Source of the DNA: an uncultured bacterium
GTDB taxonomy: Bacteria; Babelota; Babeliae; Babelales; Babelaceae
Direction of reading: 5' to 3'
Assembly (NCBI GenBank): GCA_963819815.1
Contig: CAWFXL010000001.1
Location: 800,001 to 864,000 of the forward strand
DNA length: 64,000 nucleotides
Below are positions 53,403 through 63,762 of this stretch, one piece after another. The notes beneath the pieces were generated by a model. The model did no database searches, was not told where the DNA came from, and worked only from the letters and a program-made list of their open reading frames with translations. A program made the translations under genes and the position numbers. Every line of letters begins with the position of its first letter. The stretch's first letter is position 1.

Positions 53403-54222
53403 ATGAAGTTCTTAGTAAAATCTCTAGGGTTACTACTAACCCTTACCGTACTTGCACCTGCGTTAGCAAAATCGGAAAAGTGTCACGATAAAGAAGAAAT
53501 TGTAAAATATGTCCAAGGTGGTGCCGCTCCAGGTGGCAATGGCAGCAGAAAACATCCTTTTGCATTACTTGCAGACGCACAAAGTGCTTCATGGGATGTA
53601 CTTATTGTCCTCTCATGGCACCTTCTATAATACAAGTACAGGCAGTTCTTCTGCAGTAGAGCTCAGTACTCTAGAAGGAAATACCTTTAATGGTTCAACA
53701 GGCTTCGTAGTTGAATCACCTCCTGCTGGTGTTGCATGGAAGTTATTGAATATTACTGCGGAAGATAATTGTTTCAATGGAGGCAACGCTGCAGGAAGTA
53801 ATGCTTTTCTTGTTCAGTCAAGAAACAGTGGGAATATTGTCATTAACGCCCATGAAAACTCATTTTCAGAATTCTCTGTTGATATTGTTGATCAAGGGAC
53901 CAACACAAACTATCTTGTAAGCAAGAACTTTTGGGGCACCCCTACTGTTTCATGTACAAGTACAAGCATGTGCGGCAAATACCAAGTCTGTAAGAAGAAT
54001 TCTTGCTTTGGCCCAACAGTAACGACAACTGGCACGGCCTTCATAGATGCCAGCAACCCTCTTTTATCCTCTATTAAATGTCCTCCTAACTGCTCTGATT
54101 CACCTTTTACCGCATCAAACCCTCCCTTAGAAAGAATCAAGCTTTCTAGTGAAGAGATGCTTCAAATGATTGAAAGCAATAAAGCTCGGCTTCAGTTCGT
54201 TGAGGCTGATAAGGCTTCTTAA
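53403..54222 (+). pseudogene. Internally deleted, frameshifted paralog of the 54543..56390 beta-helix protein
   Basis: N-terminus to WDVLIVLS joined at ~53616 to GTFY...; about 1 kb of the paralog's middle is missing. Confidence 0.85.
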
Positions 54223-54230
54223 AAACTGTA

Positions 54231-54272
54231 TCAGTCCTACCTATGACGCCAGAAACTCATAGGTAGGACTGA
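54231..54272. terminator. Long hairpin after the deleted paralog
   Basis: TCAGTCCTACCTATGA...TCATAGGTAGGACTGA. Confidence 0.6.
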
Positions 54273-54542
54273 CAACGTTAATTAGCAGAATTTCTTTAGA
54301 TATACATTCTTCCTGCATCCCAGCGCTGTAAAGAGCACATAGTCTTCTATCAATCCCACAATGATGACGACCCCCGCGTAGCTTACCCTTTTACATCAAA
54401 GCATTAGGCGCTGATAGTATTTATTATACCCTTGAATGAAGTGCCTATCACTTACTCTTGCAATCTTAATTTTCAATCGGATATAGTAGAAGTAACTGGG
54501 TAGTAAGCTCAGGAAATCAATTGTATAAAGGGGAGAAAACAT

Positions 54543-56390
54543 ATGAAATTATCATCCAAATCTTTAGTCTTGCTGCTAGCCTTTACCGTACTTGCACCTG
54601 TGTTAGCAAAATCGGAAAATGGTCACGAAGTTGTCAAATATGTGCAAGGCGGTGCCACCCCAGGTGGCAACGGCAGCAAAAAGCGTCCATTTTCAACACT
54701 TGCAGATGCAGAGCAACATAGCTGGGATGTACTTTTTGTCCTTTCATCACCATTAGACCTTGATGGAGGTATCACCCTCAAGCCAGGACAAAAACTTGTT
54801 GGTGAGGAAGATCCAACCGGTATAGCCGTATCGCCTACACAACCTACTATTATAAACACGGGTACTACTAATGGTGGAAATGGGGTTGTTGTTACTGGTG
54901 ATGCTACTATTAAGAACATCTTTATTAACGATACTAATAATAGTGGGATCAATACTGATCAAGCAGAAAATCTTACTGTGCAAAATGTCCGCATTACCGG
55001 TTTTAATCAAAATCCAGCTCTTAGATCATCGGGAATAAGCGGATTTGAACAAAAATCAGGAAAAACTCATCTCGAAAGGGTTATTATCAGCAATTCGAGC
55101 GGGAGGGGAATTGAGGGTATTCAAGAAAGTCTCTCATCAAATGGTATCCATAGGAAATTATCACTATGCAATTGTGAATTTACTCAACTCCATAGAGGCG
55201 TCTTTACCCAACTTGTAAATCCCGATACGTCATCTATCGTAGTGATTGAAAATTCATATTTTCATGACTTTTTTGCAAATGGCAATGGCATTGAATCTGT
55301 TCACCTTAATAACAGTCAACAAACTATGCTCGTAAAGAATTCAATATTTCATAACGTTGGTGTTGGCAATGGGAATGCACTATTGCTCCTACCACAACAG
55401 AATTCCCAGCTAAAACTGAAAGTTGATTCATGCTCATTTGAAGAAACCCTAACACCCAATTTAGTAGACGGGGTAATTGTACAGAGTTCTGAGAGTTCAA
55501 CTAGCACAACTTGTGTAATAAATTCAACCTTTAATAATACCAATTATGCCATACAGCCCGTTAGTTCTGGTACCTCTTCTAACAAAACGGTTGTGGAATA
55601 TTCAACATTTAATAATACCCCATTTGCAATACAACCCAATAGTAATGACACTTCTTTTACGGAAACGATTGTAACATGCTCACTAGGTAACAACGTTGGA
55701 GATTTCTTCAACCCATTCTTATCTGGCGGTCAACAAAAGAACAACATTTGCGGAAACACGGTTACCGGTGGTACCTTCTATAAAACTGGTACAGACGGAG
55801 CTACGGCAGAGCAAAGTTTTATCGAGGGAAATATCTTTAATGGCTCAACAGGCTTTCTAGTTCAATCATCTCCGGCTGGTATTGCATGGAAGCTGTTGGA
55901 AATAAACGCGAATCATAATTGTTTCAATGGAGGCAATGCCACTGGTAGTATTGCTTTTAATGTTCAGTCGGGTAATCGCGGTAGTATAGCAATTAGAGCC
56001 CATGAAAACTCATTTGCGGGCTTCTTAAGCGATATTACAGATGGTGGAAGCAGTGCAAGCTATCTAGTAAGCAAGAACTTCTGGGGTACCCCTACTGTTG
56101 CATGTACAAGTACAAGCATGTGTGGCAAGTACCAAGTCTGTGAGAATGGTTTTTGCTTTGGCCCAACGACTAACCTTACAATTCCAGGTTTCACAGGCTT
56201 TATAGATGCAAGCAATCCGCTTTCAACTTCAATTAACTGTCCTTCAAGCTGTTGCCCTTCACAGTCTGGCACACTAACCTCCCTTCCACAGACTATCAAG
56301 CTCTCTGCTGAAGAGATGCGTAAAATGCTTGAAAAGAAGAAAGCTGTTCCAGCACACTATCAACCAACTGAAACAGTTCAGATTCCTTAA
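54543..56390 (+). CDS. Secreted right-handed beta-helix protein with Cys-rich C-terminus
   Basis: Signal peptide, GNGS..RPF.TL, GITLKPGQKLVG, N/S/T/G-rich repeats. Confidence 0.8.
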   Translation: MKLSSKSLVLLLAFTVLAPVLAKSENGHEVVKYVQGGATPGGNGSKKRPFSTLADAEQHSWDVLFVLSSPLDLDGGITLKPGQKLVGEEDPTGIAVSPTQPTIINTGTTNGGNGVVVTGDATIKNIFINDTNNSGINTDQAENLTVQNVRITGFNQNPALRSSGISGFEQKSGKTHLERVIISNSSGRGIEGIQESLSSNGIHRKLSLCNCEFTQLHRGVFTQLVNPDTSSIVVIENSYFHDFFANGNGIESVHLNNSQQTMLVKNSIFHNVGVGNGNALLLLPQQNSQLKLKVDSCSFEETLTPNLVDGVIVQSSESSTSTTCVINSTFNNTNYAIQPVSSGTSSNKTVVEYSTFNNTPFAIQPNSNDTSFTETIVTCSLGNNVGDFFNPFLSGGQQKNNICGNTVTGGTFYKTGTDGATAEQSFIEGNIFNGSTGFLVQSSPAGIAWKLLEINANHNCFNGGNATGSIAFNVQSGNRGSIAIRAHENSFAGFLSDITDGGSSASYLVSKNFWGTPTVACTSTSMCGKYQVCENGFCFGPTTNLTIPGFTGFIDASNPLSTSINCPSSCCPSQSGTLTSLPQTIKLSAEEMRKMLEKKKAVPAHYQPTETVQIP

Positions 56391-56402
56391 GAGGCTGTCT
56401 TT

Positions 56403-56438
56403 CTCCTGCCTATGATATATAAATATCATAGGCAGGAG
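56403..56438. terminator. Long hairpin after the beta-helix gene
   Basis: CTCCTGCCTATGATAT-ATAA-ATATCATAGGCAGGAG. Confidence 0.6.
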
Positions 56439-56760
56439 CTGATCCTGGTGAAATCAGAGGTGCGTTGTATCGATTATATGCGATGCTACCAGATCTAACA
56501 GAGAATTTAAACAGAAAAGAGCTTGATCTTTCGCATTTCCCATAGCACCTAAGCCTTAATTTGAAGCATCAGATGCCACCATTCAGACAGAGCATCTCCA
56601 ACAAAGCAATGTAACCTATATGCCCTTTTCCTCGATTGAATTGATTAAAAGGGCATAATAAGATTCCAAAGTCCGCCCCCCTGATGATACCTTGCAAACA
56701 ACTAGGCATCTTCGATCGGTTGTATTAGACTACAAAAAAGATGTACTTGGAAAGGCGCAG

Positions 56761-58080
56761 ATGTCCAGACATAAAATCTCCTTGTTCGCGGCTATATTTA
56801 TTAACATTAATATTATGTTAGGTACCGGTTTTTTCATAAATACCGTCGTGCTTACAAAAGAAGCAGGAAGCCTTTCTCCTGTCGTCTATCTGTTGGTAGC
56901 TACTTTATTACTCCCCTTAATTATGACCATGGCCACCCTTATTAGGCAAACACCCCATTCGGGAACCTTTTATGATTTTGGACGACATATAAGCCCCTTC
57001 TTTGGATTTCTGACAAGCTGGGCATACTTTACCGCAAAGCTTACCTCAACCGCTCTTGGAATTCACGTATGTCTTTCTTTTATACAAAAAATCATTCCCC
57101 TACTTCAGACATTTCCCATCCTAGTACTCGATGTGGTTGCCATCATACTTTTCACTCTCTTAAATCTCCTTAACTTGCGCATCGGCAAACAGATACAATT
57201 TGCATTCATCTGCCTCAAAGTTATTCCGATTATCTTTGTGATACTTAGCGGGCTCTATCTTTTCAACGGTGCTTACTTTACCCCTGATACCTTTATTATC
57301 TCTGGAGTCCCGCTTACGGTGCCTCTCGTGCTGTACGTCTTTACCGGATTTGAGGCGAGTTGTTCACTCAGTTCTCATATCATTGACTCTGAACGAAATG
57401 GACCACGTGCTATCTTTATTTCGTACGGAATAGCCGTGGCAATCGTCTTTCTCTATCAACTCTTTTTCTATGGAAGTTTAGGTATGTATTTAGGTACCCT
57501 TGCAGGAGGCTACTTAGACATGTTCCCTGAGCTCTTCAACACACTTGCTCACCATGGAATAGCTATTAAGAAAAGTGCTCTCTCACTTTTTTATCTTGCT
57601 ATCGCTTCATCTTCCTTGGGAAGTGCCTATGGCATTATGTTTAGCAACTGTTGGAATCTTTATACCCTTGCATCGCATAACCATACCTTCGGGAAAAATC
57701 TCTTCACCTCGCTCAATAAGCACGGCGTTCCCTTCGCAAGCGTTATCACTGAGGGCCTTCTTGCAATTATCTATCTTCTGATCACCCAAGGGTACCAGAT
57801 CCCCTTACAGCAAGTATCAAGCCTCGGCGCTACGATCGCGTATACCTTTAGCTCGATTGCACTCTTAGTACTTCTTTCAAGAAAGAAAAATTCTTTGATT
57901 ATACCGATCCTAAGCCTCATAAGTTGCTCACTCTTGATTAGTTCATTTATATGGACTGTAACCGTACAAGGGCCAACCATCATGCTTCTGGTATTTCTAG
58001 GATTGCTTATCTTTGGAAGCTTTATGTTCTATAGAAAGCATCTTCTTGAAAGACCGGAAAACCTCTTTGAAAAGATCTAA
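56761..58080 (+). CDS. APC-family amino acid permease
   Basis: INIMLGTGFF, FTGFE, about 12 TM helices; ATG 56761. Confidence 0.88.
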   Translation: MSRHKISLFAAIFININIMLGTGFFINTVVLTKEAGSLSPVVYLLVATLLLPLIMTMATLIRQTPHSGTFYDFGRHISPFFGFLTSWAYFTAKLTSTALGIHVCLSFIQKIIPLLQTFPILVLDVVAIILFTLLNLLNLRIGKQIQFAFICLKVIPIIFVILSGLYLFNGAYFTPDTFIISGVPLTVPLVLYVFTGFEASCSLSSHIIDSERNGPRAIFISYGIAVAIVFLYQLFFYGSLGMYLGTLAGGYLDMFPELFNTLAHHGIAIKKSALSLFYLAIASSSLGSAYGIMFSNCWNLYTLASHNHTFGKNLFTSLNKHGVPFASVITEGLLAIIYLLITQGYQIPLQQVSSLGATIAYTFSSIALLVLLSRKKNSLIIPILSLISCSLLISSFIWTVTVQGPTIMLLVFLGLLIFGSFMFYRKHLLERPENLFEKI

Positions 58081-59183
58081 CGGGCTAGAAGAGTGCTCAG
58101 CGCAATAACACATAAAAGCCCAGTAATGATACCAAAGCGGGTCGTAATATGTGTCTCAGGCCATCCTGCTAATTCAAAATGATGATGAATAGGAGCCATC
58201 TTAAAGAGGCGCCTTTTTAAGAATTTATACGAGGCTACTTGCAGCATCACAGAAACCGTCTCTGCAACAAATACCCCGCCGGTAATAGCTAGAAGCAATT
58301 CTTGACGCGCCATTAAAGCCATTAACGCTAATCCACTTCCCAAAGCTAACGAACCAACGTCACCCATAAATACCTGTGCAGGATAAGCGTTATACCACAA
58401 AAATCCTAATGAGGCACCGACTAATATACCCCCTATGAGAGCAATCTCAGAGGTGTGCACATATGATATGGAAAGCTGCTGAGCATAGACATAAGAGCCA
58501 GAAAGATAACATATCACTGCAAAGGTGCCATAGTTAGTAAGCAACGAACCTATTGCAAGCCCGTCAAGACCATCGGTTAGGTTAACAGCATTACTTGTTC
58601 CAATGAGAATGTAGGTTGCCCAAGGAATAAGAAATAACCCCAGAGAAATCTGCAAAGAAGGTACCAGAGGAATTGAAATCTCTGTAGAGGGAGTAAGCAC
58701 CAGATACCACAGCACTGTTACAAGCAATCCTACAAGTATTTGGGCAAGAAACTTATGCTTTTCCTTTATCCCTTTTTTGAAACGGATTTTCATGACATCG
58801 TCCCAGAAACCGATAGCTCCATAGCCTGCTAAGCAGCCCATGAAAATCCATACTTCTGGGCGGGTAAGATCGCACCACAGAAAAGTAGTTGCAAACACAG
58901 AACCAAGAACAAAAAGGCCTCCCATAGTCGGAGTATCATTTTTTGCCTGGTGCGATTGGGGAGTATCCTCCCGTACCTGTGAACGGAAACGTGCAGATTC
59001 TTTAATAAACCAGGCTCCTCCTAGGAGTGACAGTAGAAAGCCTGTACCTAGCCCTAAAAGCGTTCGAAGAAGAACAGAATGGAAAACACTAAAAAAAGGC
59101 ACAGAGTACGTTAGCCACTGAAAACCATGATACAGCATAGATCCTCGCTCAAATCTATCAAAAATTTGTGCCCAGTCTAGCAT
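58077..59183 (-). CDS. mraY: Phospho-N-acetylmuramoyl-pentapeptide transferase
   Basis: TPTMGG, GFWDD, NAVNLTDGLDGL, FMGDVGS, APIHHHFE. Confidence 0.96.
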   Translation of the reverse strand: MLDWAQIFDRFERGSMLYHGFQWLTYSVPFFSVFHSVLLRTLLGLGTGFLLSLLGGAWFIKESARFRSQVREDTPQSHQAKNDTPTMGGLFVLGSVFATTFLWCDLTRPEVWIFMGCLAGYGAIGFWDDVMKIRFKKGIKEKHKFLAQILVGLLVTVLWYLVLTPSTEISIPLVPSLQISLGLFLIPWATYILIGTSNAVNLTDGLDGLAIGSLLTNYGTFAVICYLSGSYVYAQQLSISYVHTSEIALIGGILVGASLGFLWYNAYPAQVFMGDVGSLALGSGLALMALMARQELLLAITGGVFVAETVSVMLQVASYKFLKRRLFKMAPIHHHFELAGWPETHITTRFGIITGLLCVIALSTLLAR

Positions 59184-59275
59184 AATATCGGCCCTTTTGA
59201 CAGGTGTACTCTTGAAAACTTACAATAATAGTATAATCACAGAATAACTCGAAATAAGAACAAGAAGGAAATTGT

Positions 59276-59839
59276 ATGAAATATCTAGTACTACTCGTAG
59301 CCACATCAAGTATGATGATGCCATTCCTGCATGCAGGAAAACCTCACTACAAGTCTGCTCCTGCACTTATGAAAGATTTCATGAATCTTTCGGTGCAAAC
59401 GGACAAAAACTTTGAGTTTTGGATAGAAGAGCTGAGGCACCATGCGCCAAATAAAGAGAAGTTCGCCGCTTTTGAAAAGCAGTTACGTAAAAGCCTTGAG
59501 AATAAACAGGATCCATTGAACGTATTTAATGAGCATAAAGGTCTTTTTAACCAAACAACCCAAATAGAGCTTTTAAAGCTCGGACTACCAAAGTTAAAAG
59601 CTGCATTTAAAGCTCGACTTGCACTGCATCGCCGTCTTCCTGCAGTCCCAAAGGAAGCAAATCCCGAACTTCAGCGTTGGCTCCTACTTATGAGGATGAT
59701 ACGGCATCATTATATACCTACTCAAGGTGATGCCCTAAACAGCACACCCCAGAAGCTACCCGTGTGGCTTGAAGGCAGCTATCCGATATTTTTCGCAGCA
59801 TACCAGCTACAACAAAAGAACCATGGGACCTCTTCCTAA
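59276..59839 (+). CDS. Secreted hypothetical protein, paralog of 59939..60421
   Basis: YKSAPALMKDFMNLSVQTDKNFEFW. Confidence 0.7.
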   Translation: MKYLVLLVATSSMMMPFLHAGKPHYKSAPALMKDFMNLSVQTDKNFEFWIEELRHHAPNKEKFAAFEKQLRKSLENKQDPLNVFNEHKGLFNQTTQIELLKLGLPKLKAAFKARLALHRRLPAVPKEANPELQRWLLLMRMIRHHYIPTQGDALNSTPQKLPVWLEGSYPIFFAAYQLQQKNHGTSS

Positions 59840-59938
59840 CCTTTTGACATCCCCTCTAGCTGTTATACACTAGAGGCTAGATAGACTGGGAAGAAAAACC
59901 TAATCTTCTCTTCCCCCTACCATTAAGGAAATATTTCT

Positions 59939-60421
59939 ATGAATGACCTACTGAAAAGAAACCTAACCCTCTGTACTCTGACTCTTCTTATAAGTGTGCC
60001 ACTTTCTTTGAAAGCTGTTACTAACCCTTTACGTTCAAGTTCAACTGATTTGGTATCTGCTCCTGTTGACCTTGTACCTATGAGTGAAGAGAAACTAGAT
60101 TATGAGAATGCATTTCAACTCATGAAAGACTTTCTCGATCTTTCGGTAAAACCAGAAAAATCGATGAACTATTGGGTAAAGCAACTTATGGGCCTCATCA
60201 AGAAAAAAGGGGATGACAAGGTCGAATCTCTTAAACCTTTTTTAAAAGAGTTCAATACCGCTCTGAGAAGTCGCCAACCAGCACTTATCGGTTTAGCATT
60301 TAAGAATCACAAAGAAAGATTTGGCGAACCTGCGCTCACCAAGCATGTTAAAGATATGCTTAACCAACCAAATGGTCTCACCAAAATTACCACTATTCTC
60401 CAAGCACGACTCCAAAAATAA
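59939..60421 (+). CDS. Secreted hypothetical protein, paralog of 59276..59839
   Basis: YENAFQLMKDFLDLSVKPEKSMNYW. Confidence 0.7.
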   Translation: MNDLLKRNLTLCTLTLLISVPLSLKAVTNPLRSSSTDLVSAPVDLVPMSEEKLDYENAFQLMKDFLDLSVKPEKSMNYWVKQLMGLIKKKGDDKVESLKPFLKEFNTALRSRQPALIGLAFKNHKERFGEPALTKHVKDMLNQPNGLTKITTILQARLQK

Positions 60422-60630
60422 CTGATAGCCCTAGCTAAAAAAGCCGGGGCTATTATTTCTCTTGCTCTGTTGATTCTCAACCAGGTTATACAATCCAATG
60501 CATTCTTTGTGCCTTAATCGGTAATCATTCAATTATAGAGAGTACAAGCAACTTTTACTGCTCTTTTTCATGAGACCTACATGCAAAAGAGCACCGGAAG
60601 ATCATTCCAGCGCCCTTTTTTAACTTGTTT

Positions 60631-60834
60631 TTAGTCCTTGGTTTCTTTTGCTTTTTGCTTAGGAGCTTGTTGAGCAGGCTTTTGCTGTTCTACAGGCTTC
60701 TGTTGCCCCTTCCCATATTTATTTTGAATATATTGATGTATCGGGTTAACGGGCTTGCCTTTTTCCATTGCGGACATCTGCACCATTATACAAGCAATGC
60801 TAGCCACTATAAGGCTTTTACCTACAAAATTCAT
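60631..60834 (-). CDS. Small secreted Q/K-rich protein
   Basis: GGAG RBS, signal peptide ending SAM. Confidence 0.6.
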   Translation of the reverse strand: MNFVGKSLIVASIACIMVQMSAMEKGKPVNPIHQYIQNKYGKGQQKPVEQQKPAQQAPKQKAKETKD

Positions 60835-60956
60835 AGTCGTTTCTCCAGTGAATTACTCTTATTATTGATTACTGTTATAATAGTAACATAATATTAAAAT
60901 TTATTCAATGTTTCAAATAGAAACAACTCGTCGAGACGTTCCTGGTACAGAGATCT

Positions 60957-62083
60957 TTAATCCTGTGGTTCTCTAGGGAAAGCTCTCATTGCTTGATGTT
61001 CTAAAATTCTGGGCGCAACAACACCGTTAATGAGTGAAGTGGTGATTATATTTTCATTGGTCGCTAAAGCCGCGTCTTGAATGCTTCTGACAAGACATAT
61101 AATGTTACGTGGCACAAATCCTTCAAGCCTATCAGCTAATGCATCGAGAACCGCGTCAGAAAGAGCTCCTTCTTCTATAGTAGGTGGCACTATCTTTGTA
61201 TCTCTCCCAAACCAATACTTCCAGCTCATACGTGAAGAGGTAGCATGTTGTAAGTCCACTGAACGTACTACTATCTTATCAACAGCGTCTTTAAGAATTG
61301 CAAGACGTACATTTTTATCGGGAGCTTTAACATGAATACGTTGAGCGCAACTGTTTACAATTGCTCCAGGGATATTTTCTTCACGATTTGTGATAAGGAT
61401 TACCATGCAGCTCCTGTTTTTTTTGGTCATGTACTCTTGAACAAGTTTAATCATCTTACGCCTTATCTCGGCAGCCCTAGCGTAATTTCGAAACAATACG
61501 TCAGCATCATCAATAACAAGTGCCCTTATGCAGGGTAAGATTTCAGCATAGTGAATGAGCCTTTGTACGAGAACTGTCGCCTGTTCAGCATTCCATTTAA
61601 AAGATAAGCTGCATCAAGATAGATATATTCCATAAACTGCGGAACTAACCGCTTTGCAAACATGGTTTTACCGGTACCCGGTCTTCCTGAGATCAGCACA
61701 TTGAAAGGCGCTCCATTGCTTGCGCTTATTGATTCGATAATGCTCTTTTCTTCCGCAGCCAGTTCAGGGCTCAAAAATATCTCCGAGCCTTCATCTTTAC
61801 CGGAGATATGAATCATCGATCGAAGAAGTCTATCCATCTCCTCTACATACAGCTCATGCTTATACACGTCAAGTATGGCATCGAGCAAACCAGGCCGTCT
61901 CACAAGCGCATGCCTCTCACCATTAAGCTCAAAAACAAGTAATTCCACCCTTCTCCTTTGCTGAAGGGCCTCCCCACCTAGTCGAAAAATAGGTATAGTA
62001 TCGTTAACCATATCCATTGTATAGAGTGGTGTGCATGAGCTTGCAATTAAAGCAGTTATAAAGCTTATACGTAAAAATTTCAT
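60957..62083 (-). pseudogene. Signal-peptide AAA ATPase (ATAD3-like), split by a 1-bp deletion near 61597
   Basis: Walker A GRPGTGKT in 61526..62083; adding one A at TTAAATGG restores LKW...ALVIDDAD (Walker B) in frame with 60957..61496. Confidence 0.78.
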
Positions 62084-62289
62084 AGTCTGTCTCCATAGGA
62101 ACTATCAGTCGTTATATTAATATCCTAATTGTAACATAATAAACTATTTTCTCAAGCTCTTTCTTTGGTCGGTTAACAGGACCTATCGGCATAGAAGACC
62201 TATATCCACCCGCACGACATTGACAAATTGAAAATACATGCTAGTTTTATATTCATATGTGCGACCCAAAAAAATTAAAGGAATTGGAT

Positions 62290-63762
62290 ATGAAAAAGTT
62301 TTTAAGTACAGTCATGCTTTGCATGGCATGTTCACAACCTCTCTATGGAATGGAAGACGTCAAATCTCATGATCGTCTATTATGGCAGCTTTTAGATGCA
62401 GCTGATGAGCTTCTTGAGAAACGACAACGTGATGATGATTCCGAAGACCAGAAGGTTAAGAAAAGAGCAGTAGAAAATGATCGTATACGGAAAATTTTGA
62501 TAGATTCTTTGGATAAAAAGAATATCACCCTAGAAAAATTAGTCGATCAGCTCAAGGATGTGGACAGTTCATTAGATCAGAAATCTATTCGTTCTTTTGC
62601 GCTGGCAGAATTACTAAAAGGTTCTGTCAATGCTGCCCTTTGGAAACGCTTTATTAAAGAAAAATGCAACACTACCCCTCTACGTATTGCTGCATGGGAT
62701 GGCAACAGCAACGCGCTAAGGCTCCTTTTGGATCAAGGAGAAGTAATTAATGCGAAAAATATGGACCGAGAAACAGCACTACATCTCGCTGCACAACAAG
62801 GTCATACTGATGCAGTACGACTTCTCATAGCAAGACAAGCAGACCTTGAGGCCGAAAACAATTCGGGACATACTCCACTGCATAAGGCTGCTGCTAATGG
62901 TGATTTAAATGTGATGACCGCTCTTTTAGATAGTGGCGCACACATCGGCCAAAATCAGCATGGATGCTGTGCACTTTTTCAGGCTGCTTCTTTCGGACAG
63001 AAAAAGGCACTTGAGCTTCTCCTTACAAGAGGTGCCTCAATTCAAGAAAAAGATCCTTGCGAAAAGACAGTACTTCATCATGCTGTTTCGCAGCATGGTC
63101 GCGTAGAAGCAATAGAGTTTCTGTTAGATCGAGATCCTCAGATGATCACTATGACAGATGATCTTGGAAGAACAGCCCTCCATGTAGCTAGCGAAAGTGG
63201 TCATGTAGATATCATTAAGCTTCTCTTAGCAAGAGGAGCACAAATCGCACTGGCAGATACTGGTGGAAAAACAGCCCTTCACCTTGCAGCTTACTTTAAT
63301 CGGACAGAAGCCCTAAAACTGCTATTAGGCAGTGGCGCACAGATCGATGCGTGCGACAATCAATGGAAGACAGCCCTCCACGATGCAGCTAATAATGATA
63401 GTGTAAAAGCGCTAGAACTTCTCTTAGAGAGAGGTGCCCACATCGATGCCGCTGATAATGAAGGAAATACTGCACTCCATTATTGCGCAGGAAGAGATTG
63501 CGTAGAAGGCATAGAACTTCTCTTAGATAGAAGAGCACAGATTGCTCTCGCCAATAACGAGGGAAGAACAGCCCTCCATACGGCAGCATGGTCTTCTCAA
63601 GCAAAAGCAGTGCAACTTCTCTTAAAAAGAGGAGCCCCTACAGAGAACAAAGACAATGAAGGAAAAACGGCACTTCAGTGTGTTGATGACTTTAGTGATG
63701 ATATAAGAACTATTTTTGCTACGCATTTCATGGCCCAGAAAAATAGAGATAGAGCCCGCTAG
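62290..63762 (+). CDS. Secreted ankyrin-repeat protein (about 10 repeats)
   Basis: Signal peptide MKKFLS..LYGM, repeated G.TALH.AA; TTGACA promoter at 62221. Confidence 0.92.
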   Translation: MKKFLSTVMLCMACSQPLYGMEDVKSHDRLLWQLLDAADELLEKRQRDDDSEDQKVKKRAVENDRIRKILIDSLDKKNITLEKLVDQLKDVDSSLDQKSIRSFALAELLKGSVNAALWKRFIKEKCNTTPLRIAAWDGNSNALRLLLDQGEVINAKNMDRETALHLAAQQGHTDAVRLLIARQADLEAENNSGHTPLHKAAANGDLNVMTALLDSGAHIGQNQHGCCALFQAASFGQKKALELLLTRGASIQEKDPCEKTVLHHAVSQHGRVEAIEFLLDRDPQMITMTDDLGRTALHVASESGHVDIIKLLLARGAQIALADTGGKTALHLAAYFNRTEALKLLLGSGAQIDACDNQWKTALHDAANNDSVKALELLLERGAHIDAADNEGNTALHYCAGRDCVEGIELLLDRRAQIALANNEGRTALHTAAWSSQAKAVQLLLKRGAPTENKDNEGKTALQCVDDFSDDIRTIFATHFMAQKNRDRAR

